Origin: Candidatus Heimdallarchaeota archaeon
GTDB lineage: Archaea > Asgardarchaeota > Heimdallarchaeia > Heimdallarchaeales > Heimdallarchaeaceae
Reading direction: 5' to 3'
NCBI GenBank assembly: GCA_030668825.1
Contig: DAOVET010000068.1
Location: 1 to 14,041 of the forward strand
Length of the DNA stretch: 14,041 bases
Below are positions 1 through 7,061 of the stretch, piece after piece. A program made the translations under genes and the position numbers. The notes under the pieces were generated by a model, which did not search any database, was not told the DNA's origin, and was given only the letters and a program-made list of their open reading frames with translations. Position 1 is the stretch's first letter. Every line of letters starts with the position of its first letter.

Positions 1-102
1 ATCAGCACAGAGCTAGCTAGGCTCCCCATTTCATGGTACGTTTACTGAGGGACAACCACCTGTGTAGTTGCGAAACAGGTGAGTGCTGAAGAGCACACCA
101 TC
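1..102 (-). ncRNA. 5' portion of a structured RNA running off the window edge; candidate SRP (7S) RNA 5' Alu domain
   Basis: 51% GC over 1-100 against ~13% over 101-130. TATA box TTTATATA (132-125, minus) lies ~23 nt upstream. Hairpin GGUG/UGCU-CUUC-AGCA/CACC is followed by UGU, then hairpin CAACUAC-ACAG-GUGGUUG, whose G-U pair favours the minus strand. Resembles recalled 7SL sequence. SRP identity is tentative because the S domain would lie outside the window. Confidence 0.45.
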
Positions 103-124
103 TATCTTTCTATATTTAATTTCT

Positions 125-132
125 TATATAAA
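125..132 (-). promoter_or_regulatory. Archaeal TATA box for the RNA starting at ~102
   Basis: Minus strand reads TTTATATA at canonical distance from the onset of the GC-rich structured segment. Confidence 0.55.
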
Positions 133-139
133 CCCGGAT

Positions 140-145
140 AAAAAA
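140..145 (-). terminator. Oligo-T archaeal terminator candidate
   Basis: TTTTTT on the minus strand just after the last hairpin of the 146-311 element. Confidence 0.4.
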
Positions 146-311
146 CGTTCATACTTACTCGCCCCCACATCTCCTCTTAGTTAGGTAGAGAGCATATGGT
201 AAGATTAGTCAACTTTCCTACATTCAGTTGTTTACTGTAGTTCTTTCATGCCTGACCTAAATCAATCTCTGATGAGGTCACCAAGGTTCATGATAAATCG
301 TGTTGATTCAC
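146..311 (-). ncRNA. Putative ~165-nt structured ncRNA of unknown family
   Basis: No ORF longer than ~15 codons seen. 39% GC over 151-310 between AT-rich flanks. Several nested helices, a TATA box upstream (338-331) and a T6 run directly downstream (145-140). Confidence 0.5.
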
Positions 312-330
312 TTTTATAATTAAAAATTAA

Positions 331-338
331 TATTTAAA
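331..338 (-). promoter_or_regulatory. TATA box (TTTAAATA) for the 311-146 RNA
   Basis: Consensus archaeal TATA ~20 nt upstream of the structured segment. The context is AT-rich, so a chance match is possible. Confidence 0.45.
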
Positions 339-390
339 CACAAAACATACTGAATAGGTGCTAGGTGTTTTCTACTTCAACAATGAGTTT

Positions 391-466
391 ACGAAGGTTT
401 TTAAGGTACAATTTGTTCTAATTATTTGAAATTAATCTACAGAAATAGATTATCGTAAGAAAGGTG
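391..466 (+). promoter_or_regulatory. Promoter/leader of the UEV gene: BRE/TATA-like ACGAAGG-TTTTTAAG, inverted repeat, SD-like AGGTG
   Basis: TTTTTAAG at 398-405; TAATCTA-N6-TAGATTA at 433-452; AGGTG at 462-466 before ATG 473. Confidence 0.45.
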
Positions 467-472
467 TAAAAT

Positions 473-1129
473 ATGCCTATTCCAGATAGCGTCCTAGCAA
501 AAGAATATAGTCTTGTAATGGAGAGAGCTTATGCTTTCGAGCCAAAAGAGGGTGATCTAACAACTTGGAAAGGTTTTGTTCCAGTAATTACTAATGAAGG
601 AGAAATATTCGTAGATGTTGAAATAAAATTACCAGAAAATTATCCTGAATCTCCACCAGTAGTTCAAATTCTTAGTCCAATTACTCATCCAAATATGACA
701 TCAGAAGGTATTCTCGAGATGAGAATGCTAGCACGTTGGAGAGACAGCTATCGCTTATTCCAAGTGATAGTGGAATTACTAAGACTCTTCTCAAAAGTTC
801 CTGCAAGATGTATTGAAGAAAAACTTCAAACTGTAGATTCTCAAGAACAACTTAATCCAATAATTACGCAGAAAGAGCAACTAGCTGTAATTCTCGAAGA
901 TAAGAAAAGAATCTTGAGTGAAATTAAAAGCAAAAAATCTCAACAACTTACTAACAGAGCTCTAGAACAAGAAAAACAAAAACACCTTGATGACGAGATT
1001 TTGAATGTTGAAAGTGAACTTTTCGCAATTGAACAACAATTTGAAGATTACGATATTTCAAGTTTAGAATTTGCTAAAAGGTTCTATAATTTAAAGAAAA
1101 GACTATATCTCTTAGAGACTAAAGTGTAA
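473..1129 (+). CDS. UEV (catalytically inactive E2-fold) + coiled coil + steadiness-box/Mod(r)-like C-terminus; Vps23/Tsg101- or Vps37-like ESCRT-I protein
   Basis: E2 motifs LPENYPESPP and HPNMTSEGILE, with Glu82 in place of the catalytic Cys. MLARW and LFSKVP resemble the Tsg101 UEV end. Heptad-rich middle region. The C-terminal FEDYDISSLEFAKRFYNLKKR matches the ESCRT-I helical hairpin pattern. Confidence 0.8.
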   Translation: MPIPDSVLAKEYSLVMERAYAFEPKEGDLTTWKGFVPVITNEGEIFVDVEIKLPENYPESPPVVQILSPITHPNMTSEGILEMRMLARWRDSYRLFQVIVELLRLFSKVPARCIEEKLQTVDSQEQLNPIITQKEQLAVILEDKKRILSEIKSKKSQQLTNRALEQEKQKHLDDEILNVESELFAIEQQFEDYDISSLEFAKRFYNLKKRLYLLETKV

Positions 1130-1132
1130 GAT

Positions 1133-1462
1133 TCATTCGTTTTCTTCTTTTTCCTTATTTTCTTGCCTATCATTTTTCATGAGTCTTTTCGTTAAATAAT
1201 ACCATACACCTAGCCATAGCCCAATTAGGAGCAGACTAATCCCTACTTTCAATGATGCAAACAAGAAATTTAATCCTGGTTTTGGGGAATCAGGTATTCT
1301 CATAATCCCTTCACTAATCACAAAACAAATGGCAATAAAAGTTCCAAAAACAAAGATTTCTAAACCTATTAACTTCGCAAGTCTTGGTGTAAGTCTAAAA
1401 TAGCTCATTATTCCTGAACCAATATTTTTTACAAAATTTGATGCTGATTGAATAATACTCAT
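1133..1462 (-). CDS. Small membrane protein, two predicted TM helices and a charged C-terminal tail
   Basis: Two hydrophobic stretches (LIGLEIFVFGTFIAICFVI; VGISLLLIGLWLGVWYYL). Overlaps the upstream transferase gene by 4 nt (ATGA). Confidence 0.8.
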   Translation of the reverse strand: MSIIQSASNFVKNIGSGIMSYFRLTPRLAKLIGLEIFVFGTFIAICFVISEGIMRIPDSPKPGLNFLFASLKVGISLLLIGLWLGVWYYLTKRLMKNDRQENKEKEENE

Positions 1463-2505
1463 GATACTACCCCCGATAGATTAGTTAAAACAGCAATCAC
1501 TATTGCAAGAATAGCACTTACAATTGTTAAAAAATTGAATGTTTTTACAACATCCTTTTCATGAAGAGGTCCCTTTTGTATAACTAAACCTACTAGTGTG
1601 ATTGGTGCTTTTCTATTTCTTGTTGATTCTATTTTCCAATCTTTAGTCATTTTTGTGGGGCGTGCCATTTCTCTTCTTTCCAATAACCCTTTAACACTAC
1701 CAATGATTCCGAATGCATTCATGATGAAAGGTATCATAGCAATGATCACAACTACCTCTAACCTTCCCATCACTGCAATAGCACCTAAAGCACCACCGAT
1801 TGCAAGACTCCCTGTATCTCCTCCAAAAACCTTCGCTGGATACCGATTAAAAATCCAAAATGCCAGTAGTGTACCAACCATAATTAAAACAAATACATAT
1901 GTTAATCCTGAGTTATCCAATTGATCAAAACCATTACCAAAGACAATCATATTTGAAAAGAATACTGCAATCAGCACAATAATTGTAGTTGTAGCCATTG
2001 AGCCATTAAATACATCTAGCATATTGACAGAATTTGCAGGTACTGCAACAATAAATGGTAAAAGTACAATATAAGCAATAGTTAACCTTGTTTCTCCAAT
2101 GAATGGTAAAATTGGTTTAGTTTTATACCTTTTAGATGCAATTATAGGAATTGAAGCAAATAAGAGTAGAAACGGCTTAAGTAATGCGCTTAAATTGAAA
2201 ATATCATCAGCTAATCCTATTAAACCAGCTATGGTAACTGTTATGCAAAATATCCCTATTGATAATCTTAATTCTGAGTCATTAACTAAAATGATCAATA
2301 ACACCGAAGATAGTATAATGGCTATTAATATCACAATTCCTCCCCTTTCTGCAACCTTTGGTTTCTCTTCTTTATGAATATCTACACCACTAATTCCTCT
2401 TTTGTGCATCAGTCGTATATGAAGCGGCAATCCTACCAATGTAATGATAAAAGGGGTAATGAATGATAAAATGTAAATGACGATTGGTGCTATGGAAGGA
2501 ACCAT
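1459..2505 (-). CDS. aglH: UDP-GlcNAc:dolichyl-phosphate GlcNAc-1-phosphotransferase (MraY/GPT, Glycos_transf_4 family; AglH/DPAGT1-like)
   Basis: Polytopic protein with motifs GVDIHK...KVAERGG, IGLADD, NSVNMLDVFNG and FNRYPAKVFGGDTG. Confidence 0.88.
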   Translation of the reverse strand: MVPSIAPIVIYILSFITPFIITLVGLPLHIRLMHKRGISGVDIHKEEKPKVAERGGIVILIAIILSSVLLIILVNDSELRLSIGIFCITVTIAGLIGLADDIFNLSALLKPFLLLFASIPIIASKRYKTKPILPFIGETRLTIAYIVLLPFIVAVPANSVNMLDVFNGSMATTTIIVLIAVFFSNMIVFGNGFDQLDNSGLTYVFVLIMVGTLLAFWIFNRYPAKVFGGDTGSLAIGGALGAIAVMGRLEVVVIIAMIPFIMNAFGIIGSVKGLLERREMARPTKMTKDWKIESTRNRKAPITLVGLVIQKGPLHEKDVVKTFNFLTIVSAILAIVIAVLTNLSGVVS

Positions 2506-2552
2506 TAAGCAAAAATCAGTAAACGCTATATGAAATTTACTGTTGTTTAGGT

Positions 2553-3395
2553 TTACAAATCTTCCAATTTCTTCAAAGCTTTTAGAAGTTCAGCTTTGTC
2601 TCCACTTACAGCTTCCCCAAATAGTTCTGCTGATTTTTTCTCTTCTGGAGCAACAGCTTCTACGTCATCTACTTTTGGTACTGGAGGTTGTACAGCTTGT
2701 GGCTGCTGTGTAGGAGAATCATCTTGTGATGGAGGTAATGGTATGCCACCTGATACTTCTTTAGAAATAGGGCTCACATCTCTTTCAGCTGGTTCAGTGA
2801 CTTGAGTCGCAGGTTTAGGAAATGTTGCGGGTGATGGAATCTCAGATTTTGCAGGAATGATTGCAGGTTCTGGGGTTTCTACACTACGAATTGGAGAAGG
2901 AGGTGCAGGTGTAGGTATTGGTGGAGCTTCAACCGTTGGAGGTGCAGGTTGTTTTTCAACATCAGGTTCTGGTGCTGAGGTTATAACCTCTGGTGTAGGT
3001 GGTGGAGTTATGGGTGCTGTAGGCATTTCAATAACAGATTCAGGTTTTGTTTCTTTTTCAGCAATGTCTTTTAGAGCTTGAACGTCAGCTGGCTCAACTG
3101 TTGTCTCTTGTTGTACACTTCTAGCTGCTTCAATCAAAAGAATTCTTTCATTGAGACCATCCAATCTTTTTTCTAGTCGAGAAACTTGATCTGGCGAACT
3201 AGGTGCTCCAGCAGGAACTCCTGATTGCTCAAGTAAAGATATTTTATTCTCTAAATTCTCTATTTTTTCTTTTAAAGATACAACAACATTATCATAATCT
3301 TTGAACCTTTCTTGGACAGCTGAAACTATACTCTCAACCATATTTTTTACCATATTGACAGAATTCACCAATGATTTTACTTCATCTTTTGCCAT
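2553..3395 (-). CDS. Hypothetical protein: N-terminal coiled coils, long Pro-rich disordered linker, C-terminal amphipathic (WH2-like) helix
   Basis: Heptads LKEKIENLENKISLLEQ and VSRLEKRLDGLNERILLIEA; many PxxP/PP tracts; terminal SAELFGEAVSGDKAELLKALKKLEDL. Confidence 0.85.
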   Translation of the reverse strand: MAKDEVKSLVNSVNMVKNMVESIVSAVQERFKDYDNVVVSLKEKIENLENKISLLEQSGVPAGAPSSPDQVSRLEKRLDGLNERILLIEAARSVQQETTVEPADVQALKDIAEKETKPESVIEMPTAPITPPPTPEVITSAPEPDVEKQPAPPTVEAPPIPTPAPPSPIRSVETPEPAIIPAKSEIPSPATFPKPATQVTEPAERDVSPISKEVSGGIPLPPSQDDSPTQQPQAVQPPVPKVDDVEAVAPEEKKSAELFGEAVSGDKAELLKALKKLEDL

Positions 3396-3524
3396 CTTAA
3401 ATCTACAAGTTACTTTTGTTTTTATGCATATAAAACCATTGCTAAAGGTAGGAGGTTCTAACTAAGGTTGTTTTAACGTTAATTGATATTTGAAGGCTAA
3501 AAACGGTCTACACAAATTTAGTAT

Positions 3525-5516
3525 TTAAAAACTTATAACCTCCAATTTTCTCATCAGTTCTATAAAACTTCCAACAATTTTTATATCAATAATTTTCCAT
3601 TCAACTAAACTTAGATATAACATAATTTCTAAAACACTTCTTTTATCATCAATGAGATTAATTGTGTCAAACATTAATCCTCCATAATTTGTCATCATGC
3701 TTTGCGATAGTTTTTTGATATCCATAATCTGATTTTCAGAGAGTTTTATTTCATCTTTTAATGAATCTAGATTACTCATAGATTTGTAAACTATACTAGC
3801 ATTAAATGGTCCTTTCCACAACCGTTTTGGTATCTTATCTAGTAACTGTTGAGTTGTTTTGTTTATTATTTCACCTGCTAATGCTCTCGTTAAGGTGTGA
3901 ATTGAACTCTCAAAATGATTTAGACCATTTCTTTGTAAATCACTTATTTCTGTATTCAAACTCCCAAATAGATCTTCAATCGATTGCAACCCCCTTCTTT
4001 CATAATTCAAATACGGGGGAAGAAGATTTCGAATCAGATATTCTCTTTCTTCTTTTTCTCCCTTATCTAAATGGTTCAATATGTTTAATTCCTTTAATAT
4101 CATATTGAGGAATGAACCCTTCCTTCTTTCTAATCCTTTAAGAAAACTACCTTGAATTTCTTTTGAAAATTTGTCTTTATAGCAACAAGAAATAACTGTA
4201 CTTGTAGCAACAGATCCTACTCTCTTCAATGTTGTTTGATCTACTTTTTCAATTGTGTCAAGATTTGTGTGATGAAAAGTATCGGGATGACCAAACATAA
4301 CTGAGGGAATTCTTAGAGGTGCATCATTAAACAACAAATGGTCTGAACCACCTGCAAAAGGCTTAATTCTATAATTCCAAGGAAACTGCCATCCCCCTTG
4401 TTCTATAGTTAGTGGATTGTCTTTGACATTTTCTACGCACTCTGATATTAGATCATTAAGAAATGATGGTGTCGAAATGCTTGTTTTATTTACAGTAAAA
4501 GGAAAACCTACGAGAGAAGGATGTTCTCCAACCATATCTAGATTTATACAGAAAATTGGTTTGAAATTTTCTCTTTCTTCTTGTTCTACAATCCAAGGGA
4601 TGGTTCCACTAAATTCTGGTACCCATAAGAATCTGATTGTACGTTCAGGATGGTCAATTTCTTTCTTTTCAATTAATGCTTTAATCGTCCTATATATCTC
4701 AAACAACAATGCACTTCCTGATGCATTATCATTTGCTGAAGGAGCTGGATGACAGATGTGTGCAATGATTATAATTTCTTCTTCTGGATACTTGCTTCCT
4801 TCTATTTTAGTTGATAATACATGCATTTTTCCTTCATATAGTTCAGCTTTGATTTCCCCCTTTATCATAACTTTCTTTCCCTTATTCAAGAAATCAATAA
4901 GTTCCAAGGCTTGTTTTCTGGAAAGAGAAAATCCAAATGTTGATTTTTCAACATTCTCTGCATTAGGCCATAAACCTACATATTGTATCATTTCTTGATA
5001 TCCTTGAGCTCTTTGTTCAGAAGGATATGCAATAATACCAATTGATCCATGTTTGGCTAATCTTTCAATCATTGTTCTTGGGCTTGCAGATGTTAAAACA
5101 ACTTTCCCCTTTACATCAATGTCTTCAAAATCTTCTTCTTTACCGGCTCCAACATGAACTACCTCAGAAGTTAGACTTACTGATTTTGAATGAGTACAAA
5201 TGCTCTCAGGAACTTCTGAAAAGCGACAGAGTATCTTTTTAATGGGTTCAACAAGATATAATGACCCATCCTCAATATCCCAAGAAATTGGTGTTTCCCA
5301 TTCAGAATATCGTTTTGTACCATCTGCTATGTATTCGTGTATATACGAAGTTTCATCTCCAAGCTTTATTAGCTCTTTCTGTAGAAATTCAACAGCCGTA
5401 TAAAATTCCTTACTAGCTTGAATTCGATGATACAAGCTCAAGAAACTAGTCATCCGTTTTGTTTTTTCTCCGGATAATTCATGAGCGACCTTGTTAATAA
5501 GTTCCTGTAGATCCAT
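3525..5516 (-). CDS. M28-family zinc aminopeptidase-like protein with PA insertion (DUF4910-type)
   Basis: Motifs AHICHP, ANDNASG, FLWVPE, INLDMVG, GGSDH and HHTNLDT; PA-like DVKGKVVL. Confidence 0.85.
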   Translation of the reverse strand: MDLQELINKVAHELSGEKTKRMTSFLSLYHRIQASKEFYTAVEFLQKELIKLGDETSYIHEYIADGTKRYSEWETPISWDIEDGSLYLVEPIKKILCRFSEVPESICTHSKSVSLTSEVVHVGAGKEEDFEDIDVKGKVVLTSASPRTMIERLAKHGSIGIIAYPSEQRAQGYQEMIQYVGLWPNAENVEKSTFGFSLSRKQALELIDFLNKGKKVMIKGEIKAELYEGKMHVLSTKIEGSKYPEEEIIIIAHICHPAPSANDNASGSALLFEIYRTIKALIEKKEIDHPERTIRFLWVPEFSGTIPWIVEQEERENFKPIFCINLDMVGEHPSLVGFPFTVNKTSISTPSFLNDLISECVENVKDNPLTIEQGGWQFPWNYRIKPFAGGSDHLLFNDAPLRIPSVMFGHPDTFHHTNLDTIEKVDQTTLKRVGSVATSTVISCCYKDKFSKEIQGSFLKGLERRKGSFLNMILKELNILNHLDKGEKEEREYLIRNLLPPYLNYERRGLQSIEDLFGSLNTEISDLQRNGLNHFESSIHTLTRALAGEIINKTTQQLLDKIPKRLWKGPFNASIVYKSMSNLDSLKDEIKLSENQIMDIKKLSQSMMTNYGGLMFDTINLIDDKRSVLEIMLYLSLVEWKIIDIKIVGSFIELMRKLEVISF

Positions 5517-5571
5517 AAAGAAAAAAAGAAAATCCTAATTATATCTCTTTTGCACTCAGCCTAACAAATTC

Positions 5572-6420
5572 CTAAACTTGACATTTTTCGCAATAGAAGG
5601 TACTTCTTTTATCTTGTACGATCCTTATGATTTCATTGCCACAGCTTTCGCAATCAATCCCTGCTTTTGCATACACCTTATGCCATTTCTGAGCAGAAGC
5701 TTCTTCTCCAGTAGATGTTCTATATGATCGAATTGAACTTCCCATAGAATCAACAGCTTTGTGAAGAATAATTGAAATTGAGGACCCTAACTCTTCTATC
5801 TCTTCAGGTTTGAGTCTTTTTACTAATCTTAAAGGGCTTATTTTTGCTAATGCTAAAGATTCTGATTTGTAGATGTTCCCTATTCCTGCGATTAAAGTTT
5901 GATCAAGAAGAATCCTTCCAATTTCTTTGTTTGCATTTTTTTTCAGTTTAAGCTTTTCAGCAAATGCTTCTTGGGGAAAAGGAACCTTCAGTCCATCAGA
6001 ACCTAAATTTCTAATAGGTAAATAGTTTATTACATCTTGATAAGCATTATAAATTCTAAACTGTCCAAAATTTCTTGCGTCTTCAAAAATAGCTATCTTA
6101 TTTTCATTTTTAAACAGAATTTTTATTTTAGGGTGAATAATATGAGCTGGAACATCTACCCCTTCAGAGATAATCCAATGTCCAGACATTCCTAAATGAT
6201 TTAGAATGACTTTAGGGAAATCAAAGTTCCAAATAAGAAATTTCCCCTTTCTTTCAATTTCTGTTATTGTTTTTCCAATAAATACGTCGAATATTTTTTG
6301 TTTTCCTTCATATTTTTTGTATTTTTGTGAAAGTTTAGTCAATTCTATTTTCACTATTTTCTTGCCTTCAAACCTTCTTAGAGAAAGTCTTGTGCATTCA
6401 ACTTCTGGACCTTCTGGCAT
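5572..6420 (-). CDS. mutM: Fpg/Nei-family DNA glycosylase/AP lyase (MutM-like)
   Basis: N-terminal PEGPEV; RKGKFL; HLGMSG; DARNFG; H2TH LLDQTLIAGIGNIYKSE; C-terminal C4 zinc finger CESC...RSTFYCEKCQ. Confidence 0.93.
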   Translation of the reverse strand: MPEGPEVECTRLSLRRFEGKKIVKIELTKLSQKYKKYEGKQKIFDVFIGKTITEIERKGKFLIWNFDFPKVILNHLGMSGHWIISEGVDVPAHIIHPKIKILFKNENKIAIFEDARNFGQFRIYNAYQDVINYLPIRNLGSDGLKVPFPQEAFAEKLKLKKNANKEIGRILLDQTLIAGIGNIYKSESLALAKISPLRLVKRLKPEEIEELGSSISIILHKAVDSMGSSIRSYRTSTGEEASAQKWHKVYAKAGIDCESCGNEIIRIVQDKRSTFYCEKCQV

Positions 6421-6933
6421 TTAAATCATCAACTTAATAATGTCTTCTTCAGCTTGAGATCTATTTTTTTCTGTGAGCTGATAAACAATTGTATCGGATC
6501 TATTTTTAATTTTACTAGTGAAATTATTATCCATCATCATAATTGTACCTAAAACACATTTCTGTTCTAAACACTTCTCAACAAATTGTTTGAATTTAGT
6601 GGAAAAAAGTTCCATTTTTCCGATTTCATCCAATATGATCCAATCATAACTAAACTCTACCATATCCTGTTTGATTTGATCGACAATTGTGTCAACATTT
6701 TCCAGATAAACACCATAGCTGGCAACATGATACAAACTTTGTCGATTTTCCTTTGAGGCTAATGGCAGCTTAAGACCTGAAAATGATTCAATATTAAATC
6801 CTACTCTTCTATTGTTTAACCTAATCTCATTAGTAATAAATCCAACAACTTCTCTTTTTGTTGTTTCTACAATTCTATTAATTAAAGTGGTTTTTCCTAC
6901 TCTCGGATATCCCGTTATCAAGATATTTGGCAT
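6421..6933 (-). CDS. THEP1/NTPCR-family nucleoside triphosphatase (NTPase_1)
   Basis: Walker A GYPRVGKTT, GFITNEIR..RRVGF and Walker B ILDEIGKMEL. Confidence 0.93.
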   Translation of the reverse strand: MPNILITGYPRVGKTTLINRIVETTKREVVGFITNEIRLNNRRVGFNIESFSGLKLPLASKENRQSLYHVASYGVYLENVDTIVDQIKQDMVEFSYDWIILDEIGKMELFSTKFKQFVEKCLEQKCVLGTIMMMDNNFTSKIKNRSDTIVYQLTEKNRSQAEEDIIKLMI

Positions 6934-6987
6934 AATTTTCCTCCATGGAATCTTATTTTATCTCTTTCTTATTAAGTTCTCAATCTT

Positions 6988-7002
6988 GAAAAATCTTATA
7001 AA
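6988..7002 (+). promoter_or_regulatory. BRE-TATA of the exosome operon
   Basis: GAAAAAT followed by CTTATAAA in the divergent intergenic region, ~60 nt upstream of ATG 7062. Confidence 0.55.
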
Positions 7003-7061
7003 TCTGACTTTTAATGTTTTCAAAATTAGCGAAGTTAGTATGTTACACGAGAGTGGTAAAA

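Noticed and set aside
1-29. Open frame ATG GGG AGC CTA... running off the left edge on the minus strand
   Set aside because: Only 9 codons are visible, with atypically GC-rich codons inside a structured segment. A CDS cannot be supported, though it is not excluded.
150-160. ATACTTAC on the + strand matches the U1 snRNA 5' end, and the element is about U1-sized
   Set aside because: The match stops at 8 nt (no CTG). No U1 loop or Sm-site motifs are seen, G-U pairing favours the minus strand, and CATACTTAC recurs at 10459-10467 in an unrelated spacer.
208-222. Minus-strand UAGGAAAGUUGAC, similar to the RNase P GAGGAAAGUCC motif
   Set aside because: No complementary P4 3' strand was found, and the element is too short for RNase P RNA.
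269-300. CTGATGAG, resembling a hammerhead core or box C
   Set aside because: No stem II + GAAA follows, and no suitably spaced box D. The bases sit inside a hairpin better explained on the minus strand.
7014-7061. 16-aa N-terminal extension of SBDS in the ORF track
   Set aside because: ATG 7014 is only ~12 nt after the TATA box, upstream of the expected TSS, so 7062 is the more likely start.
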